Part shown: piece by piece, positions 1 through 9,199 of the stretch | How positions within the stretch are numbered: the first letter of the stretch is position 1 | How the letters are laid out: every line of letters starts with the position of its first letter | Virus record (IMG/VR): IMGVR_UViG_3300023178_003744 | Coordinates: 1 to 64,000 of that record | Reading direction: 5' to 3' (one strand) | Length of the DNA: 64,000 nucleotides | Source of the DNA: a virus | Made by a program: the position numbers and the translations under genes | The notes under the pieces: generated by a model | Told to the model about the DNA's origin: nothing | The model's database searches: none | Seen by the model: the letters and a program-made list of their open reading frames with translations, nothing else

Positions 1-2
1 AC

Positions 3-143
3 GGCGTAATTCGCAAAGAACTTGTAATTTATCGCAAAACTGGCGGACACGTAATTCGTGAATCTGCTGTACGTGAATATCATACCAACGGTGATTATCA
101 CGATAGTATTGGCTCTACGCCAATTATTAAAGGAGATTTATAA
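3..143 (+). CDS. 3' end of a hypothetical protein, truncated by the window edge
   Basis: Open frame GVIRKELVIYRKTGGHVIRESAVREYHTNGDYHDSIGSTPIIKGDL*; its TAA overlaps the next ATG (TAATG). Confidence 0.7.
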   Translation, partial: GVIRKELVIYRKTGGHVIRESAVREYHTNGDYHDSIGSTPIIKGDL

Positions 144-328
144 TGGCTGAGCCCGTTGATATAAGCAAGAAACATTTTTATATCAGCCTCGTAAAGAGTG
201 CTGTACGTATCGGAGCAGGCGCTGCATTTGTAAGTGTACTGTTTATGCCGGTAGGAATTATGCCTATTGTAGTAGGCGGTGTATTACTAATTGGCGCTGA
301 AGTACTCGGTATTCTTGAGGAGCTTTAA
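143..328 (+). CDS. small membrane protein (two hydrophobic segments)
   Basis: AAGGAG RBS upstream; TAATG coupling at both ends; hydrophobic 61-aa product. Confidence 0.75.
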   Translation: MAEPVDISKKHFYISLVKSAVRIGAGAAFVSVLFMPVGIMPIVVGGVLLIGAEVLGILEEL

Positions 329-1221
329 TGAAATTACGTTATTCAGAAGCATTTTACAGTGTACAAGGTGAAGGCAAGTACGTAGGAGTACCTAGTGTGT
401 TCCTACGTACCTTCGGTTGTAACTTTCGATGCATGAACTTTGGTTTGCCAAAAGACAAAGACCGCTGGAAACAACATGCCGAAGGAAATCGATATAATCC
501 CGAAGTGAAAGAATTGCTCGATGCCGGTGTGCACAAAACTACAGAAAAGTTTGAAGATTTACCTATTATTCATACAGGGTGCGATACTTACGCAAGTATC
601 TATCCCGAATTTAAGCATTTTAACAAACTAGCAGAAGTCGACGAAGTAGTTGATCATTTAATTAGTTTATTACCCGAAGGCAAATGGACTATGGATAACG
701 GGCAAGACATCCACCTAATTATGACAGGCGGAGAGCCTCTTCTTGCTTGGCAACGACTTTACGTTGATTTATTTGAACACCCTAAAATGAAGGACTTAAA
801 AAATGTTACGTTTGAAACCAACACTACACAAATGTTACACAAAGATTTACTCGACTATCTCGAGAATAACAGAAGAATTCAAGTCACTTTCAGCTGTTCA
901 CCCAAACTCTCCGTTTCAGGCGAGTCTTGGAATGATGCTATTAAGCCTGAGGTTGCTAGCCAGTATGCCTCTGTTGCTAATAGCAATCTTTATCTTAAAT
1001 TTGTTGTTGCTGACAAAGACGACGTTGACGAAGTTGGTAAAGCCGTGGAAGCGTACCAAGAAGCAGGAGTTGAGTGTCCTGTATACCTCATGCCACTCGG
1101 TGGACGTTCAGAAGAATATAATATGAATGTTAAAGAAGTAGCGGAAATTTGTATGCAGCGTGGTTGGAGATTTACTCCTCGACTGCATATCTCATTATTC
1201 GGTAATGCTTGGGGAACATAA
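328..1221 (+). CDS. queE: 7-carboxy-7-deazaguanine synthase (QueE-like radical SAM)
   Basis: E-x-FYSVQGEG..G.PSVFLRTFGCNFRC...CDT, TGGEPLL, ETN, SPKL, C-terminal PRLH..L.GN. Confidence 0.88.
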   Translation: MKLRYSEAFYSVQGEGKYVGVPSVFLRTFGCNFRCMNFGLPKDKDRWKQHAEGNRYNPEVKELLDAGVHKTTEKFEDLPIIHTGCDTYASIYPEFKHFNKLAEVDEVVDHLISLLPEGKWTMDNGQDIHLIMTGGEPLLAWQRLYVDLFEHPKMKDLKNVTFETNTTQMLHKDLLDYLENNRRIQVTFSCSPKLSVSGESWNDAIKPEVASQYASVANSNLYLKFVVADKDDVDEVGKAVEAYQEAGVECPVYLMPLGGRSEEYNMNVKEVAEICMQRGWRFTPRLHISLFGNAWGT

Positions 1222-1772
1222 TGACTGAAATACTACCTGTAAAAGTACATCAAGTTTCAATCAATCAAACTATATTACACACAATATATCCCGGGCATCT
1301 GCATTGTAACGAAAAATGGATTAAAATCATTAAAGATATAGGCGACAAAATGGACAGGTCTACTAATATAAAAGGTGGAATGACTGATTACAATGATCTA
1401 CGTGATAATTCTGAATTTCAGCCATTAAAAGATTTTGCAATATCGATTTCAGAAGAACATCCTTATCATAGTCCTACTACTTTAGATACCAAAGTGGATA
1501 ATATGTGGGGTGCAATGTATAAAAAAGGTGATCATACAGTTCCACATTGGCATAATCCATATAATTTTTCTTTTGTATATTTTTTGAAATCAGATGAAAA
1601 TTCACAACCATTATGCTTTACAGATTCTAGTGATAAATTTTATATTCCTCCAATAGAAGGTTCATTTGTACTCTTTCCAGCTTATCTTTTTCATCATGTA
1701 CCGCATCAAACAAATGATACTGACCGAATTATAATTGCTGGCAATCTTACAACAAAGGAAAAAGAGAAATGA
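1221..1772 (+). CDS. putative 2OG-Fe(II) oxygenase (HxH...H type)
   Basis: WGAMYKKGDHTVPHWH..FSFVYFL and EGSFVLFPAYLFHHV...RIIIAGN; ATG 1221 is TAATG-coupled to queE, so preferred over the track's 1209. Confidence 0.75.
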   Translation: MTEILPVKVHQVSINQTILHTIYPGHLHCNEKWIKIIKDIGDKMDRSTNIKGGMTDYNDLRDNSEFQPLKDFAISISEEHPYHSPTTLDTKVDNMWGAMYKKGDHTVPHWHNPYNFSFVYFLKSDENSQPLCFTDSSDKFYIPPIEGSFVLFPAYLFHHVPHQTNDTDRIIIAGNLTTKEKEK

Positions 1773-2134
1773 AAAAATTTTTAAAACGTATTATGGGCAT
1801 TGATAAACTAGAACAAGAAAAAATCAAACTTCTTGAAGAAACTGATCCAAAAGCGGCTGCATCTGCAAAAGGTGAAGCATATGTAGCAGTGATAGATACA
1901 CAAGTTAATCCTGATAATATTAGAAACGGATTTTTTGAACTCGATTGGAACAACGAATTTATTGAGCAACTATTAGATGCTGGCTATAAAGGCGAAACAC
2001 CCGAAGCTATCGTAGATCAATGGTTTAAAACTGTTGTGTCACAGATGCTACAAGAAGAAGGACAAACTGCTGATCGAGATATGGGCTATATTAATGTTAT
2101 TCCTATCGACAAAGGAAAATCGGAGGTTTCTTAA
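1769..2134 (+). CDS. hypothetical phage protein
   Basis: ATGA overlap with upstream gene; core-like codon usage. Confidence 0.75.
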   Translation: MKKFLKRIMGIDKLEQEKIKLLEETDPKAAASAKGEAYVAVIDTQVNPDNIRNGFFELDWNNEFIEQLLDAGYKGETPEAIVDQWFKTVVSQMLQEEGQTADRDMGYINVIPIDKGKSEVS

Positions 2135-2811
2135 TGAATATCGAAGTACAATGGTTTGGTTGTATTGCAAATAATTTAGATTACGAATTAGCTGTAAATC
2201 CACCTACACCTATTCTTCCTTTTTTAATAAAAAAATATGGATCTAAATTAGACTACTGGCATTGTCCGTCTAAAACTGAATATTTAAAAAATGTATATTT
2301 AATTACAAGTCCTGTGAATTTTGTTTTAGATGTTGATCAAAACGAAAAAGTTACTTTTAAACACAACGGAAGTATTTTTACACAAAATGTAATTGAATCA
2401 AACCTAGAAACTCAAACTTGTTTAGATTTTCCGCTAAATTACTATTTTATAAATAAAAATGATAATGTTACTATTGATCTAATAGATCCTCCTCTTATTC
2501 ATTTACCATTTAAGAACTTTTGCGGAAGTTTTAACATTAGTAAAATTTGTAGGCCTACAAATTTTACGTGTATTCCAGCTCATGGACCTTGTACAATTAA
2601 TATAAAACGAGGCGATCCTTTATACGCAGTAAAATTCAACACTGCACAAAAAGTTGTATTGAAACAAATTGTTGATTCTAATTTACAGTCTAACATAATG
2701 AATAAATCGCAAAAAGTAATAAGTTTAAAAAATATTGTGAAAAATACATCACTATCAGACTTATATCAAAATTTTTCAAAATACATGAAACAATTATGGA
2801 AAAACAGTTGA
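2134..2811 (+). CDS. hypothetical protein (AT-rich; C-terminal IKRGDPL motif weakly reminiscent of dUTPase-like beta-clip folds)
   Basis: TAATG-coupled 225-aa ORF; the fold call is weak. Confidence 0.6.
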   Translation: MNIEVQWFGCIANNLDYELAVNPPTPILPFLIKKYGSKLDYWHCPSKTEYLKNVYLITSPVNFVLDVDQNEKVTFKHNGSIFTQNVIESNLETQTCLDFPLNYYFINKNDNVTIDLIDPPLIHLPFKNFCGSFNISKICRPTNFTCIPAHGPCTINIKRGDPLYAVKFNTAQKVVLKQIVDSNLQSNIMNKSQKVISLKNIVKNTSLSDLYQNFSKYMKQLWKNS

Positions 2812-2836
2812 CATTTGTGATATTATATACTAATAT
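2808..2836 (+). promoter_or_regulatory. sigma70-like promoter of the rnh-like gene (probably leaderless)
   Basis: TTGACA 2808-2813, 17 nt, TAATAT 2831-2836; ATG 6 nt later with no RBS. Confidence 0.55.
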
Positions 2837-2842
2837 AATTAT

Positions 2843-3832
2843 ATGAGCACTTATATTCTTGTAGACACTATGAACACTTTCTTTCGAGCTCGACATGTAG
2901 TTCGGGGAAGTCTCGACGACAAAGTCGGTATGGCTTTGCATGTAACTTTTAACAGTATTAAGAAAGCATGGACTGACTTTGATGCAGACCATGTGGTCTT
3001 TTGCTTAGAAGGCCGTAGTTGGCGCAAAGATGCTTACGAGCCTTACAAGCGTAACCGTAAAGAAGCTCGTGATGCTATGACTGCCCGAGAAGCAGAAGAA
3101 GATCGTGTGTTTTTTGAAATCTTTGACGAGTTTAAATCGTTTGTACGTGAAAAAACAAACTGTACTGTACTACACAACCCTGTGCTGGAAGCAGACGATC
3201 TTATTGCTGGTTGGGTGCAGTCTCATCCTAACGACAATCATGTTATTCTTAGTACAGATGGCGACTTTGCACAACTTATTGCACCCAATGTAAAACAATA
3301 CAACGGTGTTAGTAATACTACAATTACACACGAAGGTTATTTTGACGACAAAGGTAAGCCAGTTATTGATAAAAAAACTGGTGATGCAAAGCCTGCACCA
3401 GACCCACAGTGGTTGCTGTTTGAAAAGTGTATGCGTGGCGACACTAGTGACAACATCTTTAGTGCTTACCCCGGTGTACGTAAGAAAGGCACTAAGAATA
3501 AAGTAGGTCTTACTGAAGCTTATGCAGATATGACTACTAAAGGCTATAATTGGAACAACATGATGCTTCAGCGTTGGACTGATCACAACGGTGATGAACA
3601 CAGAGTTATTGACGATTACAATCGCAATGTTTTACTATGTGATTTGTCTGCACAACCCGAAAATATCCGTAACGAAATTACCAATACAATTAATGAACAA
3701 ACACATGCTCCTAAAGATTTATCACAAGTAGGTGTGCGACTTCTTAAATTTTGTAATAAGTGGGATATGCAGCGTATTGCTGATAATATTTCACTATATT
3801 CAACTCCATTCCAAGCGAGATACCCAGTATGA
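2843..3832 (+). CDS. rnh: T4 RNase H-like 5'-3' exonuclease (FEN/PIN fold)
   Basis: ILVDTMN, SWRKD.YEPYKRNR, EADDLIA, STDGDFAQL, GDTSDNI..YPGV motifs. Confidence 0.88.
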   Translation: MSTYILVDTMNTFFRARHVVRGSLDDKVGMALHVTFNSIKKAWTDFDADHVVFCLEGRSWRKDAYEPYKRNRKEARDAMTAREAEEDRVFFEIFDEFKSFVREKTNCTVLHNPVLEADDLIAGWVQSHPNDNHVILSTDGDFAQLIAPNVKQYNGVSNTTITHEGYFDDKGKPVIDKKTGDAKPAPDPQWLLFEKCMRGDTSDNIFSAYPGVRKKGTKNKVGLTEAYADMTTKGYNWNNMMLQRWTDHNGDEHRVIDDYNRNVLLCDLSAQPENIRNEITNTINEQTHAPKDLSQVGVRLLKFCNKWDMQRIADNISLYSTPFQARYPV

Positions 3833-4299
3833 AAAATGCAAAAGAAATCCTAAAAGACAAGTTTTGGCTTGTTATTGACAACGGTAAAAATGTTGGTACA
3901 ATATCATTCGACAACGACCATTACATTGTTAACAGCGACGGCAAATACGAAGTTTATAAGAACAAGTCTAATATTAAGAAAAAATTAGGTGATCTCACTT
4001 GGACTCAACTTAAAATTCAAGAAACTACACAATACGATGTGCACAAATTTGTGTGTAATTCTAAGCCATATAATAGCATGTGGGACCTTAAAAAGAAATT
4101 GCCCTTGTTTACAAAAAGCAAAAAGTCTAAAAGTGTATATTGTGCAGGATATTACATCATTAAATTTAACAAAGGCTGGGTAAAAAGCTTTTGTCCTAAG
4201 TTAATTACTATTGAAAGATATGATTACAAGGGTCCATTTAAAACAGAAATCGAAATGCGCCAACAATTGAGTAAAGAAAATGCAAAATCAACCAATTAA
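3829..4299 (+). CDS. hypothetical phage protein
   Basis: ATGA overlap with rnh; 156-aa ORF. Confidence 0.75.
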   Translation: MKNAKEILKDKFWLVIDNGKNVGTISFDNDHYIVNSDGKYEVYKNKSNIKKKLGDLTWTQLKIQETTQYDVHKFVCNSKPYNSMWDLKKKLPLFTKSKKSKSVYCAGYYIIKFNKGWVKSFCPKLITIERYDYKGPFKTEIEMRQQLSKENAKSTN

Positions 4300-4522
4300 T
4301 ACAAGTCCACTAAAGGATTTTTTAAGTTTAGTAAAGAGTGCAGAGTCAAGCAGACAAAAAGAAATCAGACTTGACATTGACAAAGCAAAAAAGTTACAAT
4401 TCTGCCTGACTTTAATGCTAGCTAGGCATGTAGAAAACTTAGAAGAACTGTTAATGAAAAAGCAAGATGAAGAAAATAATCCAGTAATCGACATCAAAAT
4501 GGATGGCGGTAGCAGTTGGTAA
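4280..4522 (+). CDS. hypothetical protein
   Basis: 80-aa ORF in the operon, fills the gap. Confidence 0.65.
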   Translation: MQNQPINTSPLKDFLSLVKSAESSRQKEIRLDIDKAKKLQFCLTLMLARHVENLEELLMKKQDEENNPVIDIKMDGGSSW

Positions 4523-4524
4523 TA

Positions 4525-4532
4525 GATAAATA
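4525..4532 (+). promoter_or_regulatory. T4-late-like promoter box GATAAATA
   Basis: Intergenic; followed by AAAGGAAG RBS and ATG 4556; the same box recurs before structural genes. Confidence 0.55.
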
Positions 4533-4555
4533 TACGTAGTTAAAGGAAGAAGAAA

Positions 4556-4843
4556 ATGAGCAGGCCGAAACCTGTTATCTTAAAAGAATACACGGATAAA
4601 AAGACATATAGAACAGAACAAGTTCTTCAAGCGGATGCAATTTGGGCAGTTTTTTATCAGAATAAACCTTTTAATCTAAAAAGTTTTAACAGTTTAACTA
4701 ACTACCCAGGTCCTAAGTATAAGAAAACTAGTTTTTCTAATCCCGGACACGCTCATAACCTTGCTCAAAGGTTAAATAGTATGTGGAACACTGAAGATTT
4801 TAAGGTTATTAAGTTTACTTCAGATAACTTACTGAATGAATAG
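4556..4843 (+). CDS. hypothetical phage protein
   Basis: RBS upstream; 95-aa ORF. Confidence 0.8.
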   Translation: MSRPKPVILKEYTDKKTYRTEQVLQADAIWAVFYQNKPFNLKSFNSLTNYPGPKYKKTSFSNPGHAHNLAQRLNSMWNTEDFKVIKFTSDNLLNE

Positions 4844-5222
4844 AGCAACATACACAAAAATTTTTTTAAACACTGCTAAAATTAGTGTTGATGAAGTTAA
4901 TCTAAAAAAATATTCATCCGAATGGTGGTACAACATTCGTGATAAGCAGTCTGGTGGCTTAAGATTGACTGAAGAAGGTAGAGATTTTTTAAAAAATCAA
5001 CTGTCTTTAGCGTTTTATCAAATTAACTTTCCACCAGATCTTAACATTTACAAAACGAACATTCTGATACACTTAGACAACTTTATCACATGTCCGTATT
5101 TTCTCACAAAAAAGTATATAGAAGTTACAGATGATCGCAAAGCAATGGAGCTAAGTTTGCTTTCTGGTGATATAGAAAGATACGGTTTAATTAAAGCAAT
5201 AGAAAAGCAAAAAAACATTTGA
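4836..5222 (+). CDS. hypothetical phage protein
   Basis: 128-aa ORF overlapping the upstream stop. Confidence 0.75.
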   Translation: MNRATYTKIFLNTAKISVDEVNLKKYSSEWWYNIRDKQSGGLRLTEEGRDFLKNQLSLAFYQINFPPDLNIYKTNILIHLDNFITCPYFLTKKYIEVTDDRKAMELSLLSGDIERYGLIKAIEKQKNI

Positions 5223-5247
5223 CATATAGTCTGTTTTGTCGTATTAT
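5219..5247 (+). promoter_or_regulatory. sigma70-like (early) promoter of the AAA ATPase gene
   Basis: TTGACA 5219-5224, 17 nt, TATTAT 5242-5247, then ATACAT (same layout as 6376-6404). Confidence 0.75.
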
Positions 5248-5285
5248 ATACATAGTTAATAAACAAATACACAGGTAAGAACACA

Positions 5286-6362
5286 ATGGACAATATTCGT
5301 ACTACTTCCCCTAATAATGCAAAGAAAGTTATTTCAGCTGCATTCGATCAGCAACGTCCAATCTTTATTTGGGGTCCTCCAGGTATCGGTAAGTCAGACA
5401 TTGTTCACCAAATTGGTGCTAGTAAGAATGCTCATGTAATTGACATTCGTCTTAGTCTTTGGGAGCCAACTGACATTAAAGGTATTCCGTACTTTGATTC
5501 AACGCAAAGCAAAATGGTTTGGGCACAACCTAGCGAATTGCCTGATGAAGAACTTGCAAGCCAGTACGAACATGTAATTTTGTTCTTGGACGAAATGAAC
5601 TCAGCTGCTCCAGCTGTGCAAGCTGCTGCATATCAGCTTATTCTTAACCGTCGTGTAGGACAATACAAACTGCCAGACAATGTTCTTATTGTTGCTGCCG
5701 GTAACCGTGACAGCGATAAAGGTGTTACTTATCGCATGCCAGCACCGCTGGCTAACCGTTTTGTGCACTTGGAGATGTCAGTATCATTTGATGACTGGTT
5801 TGAATGGGCTGTAAACAACAAAATTCACCCCGACGTAGTTGGTTACCTGCAGTTTAGTAAAGGTGACTTATATGACTTTGATCCTAAGTCGCCGAGTCGT
5901 TCGTTTGCAACACCCCGTTCGTGGTCGTTTGTAAGTGACTTCCTTACTGATAACTATGATTCGGAGACACTTATGGATCTTGTGTCAGGTTCGATCGGTG
6001 AAGGCCTTGCGGTAAAGTTTGTTGCACATCGTAAAGTTGCTGCTGACATGCCTAATCCAAGCGATATTTTGGCTGGTAAGGTAACAGATCTTGATACTAA
6101 CGAAATTAGTGCAATGTACAGCTTGATTGTTGCAATGTGTTACGAACTTAGTCAGTCAGTTAACGACGATAACAGTGACTTTTACGGACAAGTTGAAAAC
6201 TTCTTGAAGTTTTCAATGAAGAACTTTGATACTGAGTTGGTTGTAATGGGTATGAAACTTGCCCTTACTCAGTACCGTTTGCCGATTGATCCTGATAAAG
6301 TTCCTAGCTTTGATGAATTCCACGAAAGATATGGAAAATACATTAAGGCTGCACAAGAGTAA
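5286..6362 (+). CDS. MoxR-like AAA+ ATPase
   Basis: Walker A GPPGIGKS, Walker B LFLDEMN, AAGN, PLANRF, TPRSW. Confidence 0.9.
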   Translation: MDNIRTTSPNNAKKVISAAFDQQRPIFIWGPPGIGKSDIVHQIGASKNAHVIDIRLSLWEPTDIKGIPYFDSTQSKMVWAQPSELPDEELASQYEHVILFLDEMNSAAPAVQAAAYQLILNRRVGQYKLPDNVLIVAAGNRDSDKGVTYRMPAPLANRFVHLEMSVSFDDWFEWAVNNKIHPDVVGYLQFSKGDLYDFDPKSPSRSFATPRSWSFVSDFLTDNYDSETLMDLVSGSIGEGLAVKFVAHRKVAADMPNPSDILAGKVTDLDTNEISAMYSLIVAMCYELSQSVNDDNSDFYGQVENFLKFSMKNFDTELVVMGMKLALTQYRLPIDPDKVPSFDEFHERYGKYIKAAQE

Positions 6363-6365
6363 AAA

Positions 6366-6397
6366 AACAAAGCGCTTGACAAGTCAGGCGCTTTGTT
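6366..6397 (+). terminator. hairpin (putative terminator) superimposed on a promoter
   Basis: AACAAAGCGCTTGAC-AA-GTCAGGCGCTTTGTT; 15-bp arms with one G-U pair, just after the ATPase stop. Confidence 0.6.
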
Positions 6398-6404
6398 GTA
6401 TTAT
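6376..6404 (+). promoter_or_regulatory. sigma70-like (early) promoter of the VWA gene
   Basis: TTGACA 6376-6381, 17 nt, TATTAT 6399-6404. Confidence 0.75.
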
Positions 6405-6434
6405 ATACATATATTAAACAACAAAGGTGACATC

Positions 6435-7670
6435 ATGTCTGTAGAAGGTACAAAACACTGGCAACCCGATCCTAATATTACTCCCGAAGAACTTGATCGT
6501 ATGACTACAGAAGTAATGGATCGTATTACTGTTGCACGGGTCGGCTTGCTGTTGAAACATCCGTTCTTTGGCAACATGGCTACTCGTCTTAGAGTAAAAC
6601 CTGCTAACGATTGGCTGCCGACTGCTGCTGTTGATGGTCGTAACTTATACTTCAATGCACAATTTTTTAATGCAATGGAAAACTCTGAGATTGAGTTTGT
6701 GGTTGCACACGAAATTTTGCACTGTGTATTTGATCACCTTGGTCGTCGTGGTGATCGTGACCCTAAAATTCATAACGTAGCTGCTGATTACATTGTAAAC
6801 AATCTTCTTGTTCGCGACAAAATTGGTTCAAAGCCTAAACTTGTTGACTGTTACCAAGATTTCAAATACGAGGGCTGGTCTAGTGAAGAAGTTTACGATG
6901 ATCTAATGGAAAATGTTGTTGAGCATATCGACTTGGATCAACTAGGCGAAATGCTCGACGAGCACTTGGATCTCGACGGTGACGGTAAAGACGGTCAGCC
7001 TAAATACACCGAAGCAGAAATGAAAGAAATTCGCGACAGTATTAAAGAAAGTATGCTGTCGGCTGCACAAGCTGCCGGTGCTGGCAAAGTACCAGGTGAA
7101 ATTGCACGCATTATTAAACAGTTTACTGAACCTAAAATGAACTGGCGTGAAATTTTGCAACAGCAAATTCAAAGTACTGTTAAGAATGATTACAGCTTTG
7201 CTCGTCCGTCACGTAAATCACACTACGGTGCAATCATTCCGGGTACTGTAAATGAAGATACAATTGACATTTGTGTTGCACTTGACACCAGTGGTAGTAT
7301 CGGCGACGATATGCTTAAAGACTTCTTAAGTGAAATCAACGGCATTATGAGTCAATACAATGACTATAATGTTAAGGTTTGGTGTTTTGATACTAAGGTA
7401 TACAACATGGAAGAGTTTTCGGCTCATGATGGCGACATTGCCGAATACGAAGCTGCTGGTGGTGGTGGCACTGACTTTGAAGCTAACTGGGGCTATATGA
7501 AAGAAGAAGGTATTGAGCCTAAAAAACTGATTGTATTCACTGATGGTTATCCGTGGGGTAGCTGGGGTGACGAAACTTATTGCGATACTGTGTTTGTAAT
7601 TCACAGTAATCACGATAAGGATCTACAAGCACCGTTTGGAGTAACTGCCCACTATGAAGAAAAAAATTAA
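6435..7670 (+). CDS. metallopeptidase-like (HExxH) plus VWA domain protein, DUF2201-like MoxR partner
   Basis: AHEILH motif; MIDAS DTSGS, GGGTDF, VFTDGY; start moved to ATG 6435 after AAGGTG RBS. Confidence 0.88.
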   Translation: MSVEGTKHWQPDPNITPEELDRMTTEVMDRITVARVGLLLKHPFFGNMATRLRVKPANDWLPTAAVDGRNLYFNAQFFNAMENSEIEFVVAHEILHCVFDHLGRRGDRDPKIHNVAADYIVNNLLVRDKIGSKPKLVDCYQDFKYEGWSSEEVYDDLMENVVEHIDLDQLGEMLDEHLDLDGDGKDGQPKYTEAEMKEIRDSIKESMLSAAQAAGAGKVPGEIARIIKQFTEPKMNWREILQQQIQSTVKNDYSFARPSRKSHYGAIIPGTVNEDTIDICVALDTSGSIGDDMLKDFLSEINGIMSQYNDYNVKVWCFDTKVYNMEEFSAHDGDIAEYEAAGGGGTDFEANWGYMKEEGIEPKKLIVFTDGYPWGSWGDETYCDTVFVIHSNHDKDLQAPFGVTAHYEEKN

Positions 7671-7917
7671 TCAAGCGCCGAATCCACTAGAACTTTTTGA
7701 TATTCGTAGAGTTTCGATCTGTCCAGAACATTTCGAAACTACTACGATTTCTTTTGACGACAACACTCCATTCAAAATACGCATGGAGTTAGGACTTATT
7801 GAATGGATAGAGGCAAATACCTCAGGACGCTATTACTTTAGAAAATTTAAAGATAGTGTTTGTATTGGCTTTGAACAGCCAAAAGAATTAACCTTTTTTA
7901 TCATGTCAAATAAATAA
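7654..7917 (+). CDS. hypothetical protein
   Basis: 87-aa ORF overlapping the upstream stop. Confidence 0.7.
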   Translation: MKKKINQAPNPLELFDIRRVSICPEHFETTTISFDDNTPFKIRMELGLIEWIEANTSGRYYFRKFKDSVCIGFEQPKELTFFIMSNK

Positions 7918-7937
7918 ATTACAAAAGGAGTATATAA

Positions 7938-8201
7938 ATGACTGAAGAACAAAAAGAAATGCAAGAAGAAATGGTGTCTGAAGTACCACAAGGTTCACAA
8001 CCGGCACCTGACTCTACAGAACTAACGGTTACTGACCTTGCTCAGTTACGCCAAATTATTGATGTTGCCACAGGCCGTGGCGCTTTTAAAGCTGGTGAAA
8101 TGACTCAAGTTGGCCCAGTATATGATAAATTAGATAAATTTCTAAATCATATTGCAGCACAGCAGCAAGCACAGCAAGAAACACAAGCAAAAAGCGAGTA
8201 A
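7938..8201 (+). CDS. hypothetical phage protein
   Basis: AAGGAG RBS; TAAATA box at 7911-7916. Confidence 0.8.
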   Translation: MTEEQKEMQEEMVSEVPQGSQPAPDSTELTVTDLAQLRQIIDVATGRGAFKAGEMTQVGPVYDKLDKFLNHIAAQQQAQQETQAKSE

Positions 8202-8204
8202 AAT

Positions 8205-8858
8205 ATGTTAAAACACGTAGGACGAATAAAAAAAACACAAAAGAAGTGTATAGTAGCATATAGAGTTGTGCCTGGTACATCTGACGAATGTGTAATTATT
8301 CCGACTGAAAGTCTAAGTGCCGATGAACATGATAGTCTAATGAAACTAGTTGAAAGTTCAGCTGGTCAAGAAGCATACGAACTAGCCGAAGCAATGGCAC
8401 GGACTTCTTTGCCAGATGGTAGAAACATGTTAGCAGGTTTCCATACCACCAACAGAATGGTTAAAACACAAACTATTCAAATAGAAATGACTCCTGATAC
8501 TAAATCTGTTGTTGGCTTAGACGAATTAAACAATGTAATTGCACAACAAAAAGGTGTAACAGTAGAAGATTTAGCAATCAAAGATCCAAATGCTCCATCT
8601 AAGACTGCTACAGCACCAGTTGCAGAGCCACAAAAAGTAGATCCTGTATCTATTTATACAGACAATACACCTGCACCAACTCCCACAGCAGATGCAGAAA
8701 CAGGTGTTATCACAGACGAAGCACTGGCTGCTAGTTATAGGTCACAAGCTGATAAGTTGTTTAAAGAAGCTAAGTCTTTAAGAGAACAAGCAGAAGCACT
8801 AGTACCTACAAAAAAGAAAACTACAGCAAAAGCTACTAAAGAAACAGCTAGTGCTTAA
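8205..8858 (+). CDS. hypothetical phage protein with a Pro/Ala-rich linker
   Basis: 217-aa ORF in the operon. Confidence 0.8.
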   Translation: MLKHVGRIKKTQKKCIVAYRVVPGTSDECVIIPTESLSADEHDSLMKLVESSAGQEAYELAEAMARTSLPDGRNMLAGFHTTNRMVKTQTIQIEMTPDTKSVVGLDELNNVIAQQKGVTVEDLAIKDPNAPSKTATAPVAEPQKVDPVSIYTDNTPAPTPTADAETGVITDEALAASYRSQADKLFKEAKSLREQAEALVPTKKKTTAKATKETASA

Positions 8859-9156
8859 TAAGAAAAAACGATTTGAAGAAGAAACTATCAAGTCGTGGCC
8901 GGATATTCTTAAGGACATTCGAATAGAATCAATCCCTACTGACTATATTAAACATATAAAAATAAATTTTATAGACGGTAGGGAGTGGTTAATTGATGTG
9001 GAAGAGAATCCAAAAGCTGATTTTAATAAAGCAATAGACGAATTATATCAAGAATACAGTGATAGTATAGCTAGTATTAACTTCAACATTGATATACAAA
9101 AAATTAAAAAAGATATAGAAAAGCGGACAACAGTTTTTTTAAAAAAACGGCAGTAA
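8851..9156 (+). CDS. hypothetical protein
   Basis: GTG start overlapping the upstream gene. Confidence 0.7.
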   Translation: MLNKKKRFEEETIKSWPDILKDIRIESIPTDYIKHIKINFIDGREWLIDVEENPKADFNKAIDELYQEYSDSIASINFNIDIQKIKKDIEKRTTVFLKKRQ

Positions 9157-9160
9157 AGTT

Positions 9161-9168
9161 GATAAATA
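9161..9168 (+). promoter_or_regulatory. T4-late-like promoter box GATAAATA
   Basis: Intergenic; upstream of CAGGAG RBS and the fibre-like gene. Confidence 0.6.
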
Positions 9169-9199
9169 TATATAACTTATATGATTCCAGGAGTTATAA

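Noticed and set aside
418-582. Intein or intron in queE
   Set aside because: The insert is short, in frame, and lacks splice-junction residues or an endonuclease
6393-6434. Track start of the VWA gene at 6393
   Set aside because: Overlaps the promoter and hairpin; ATG 6435 has an RBS
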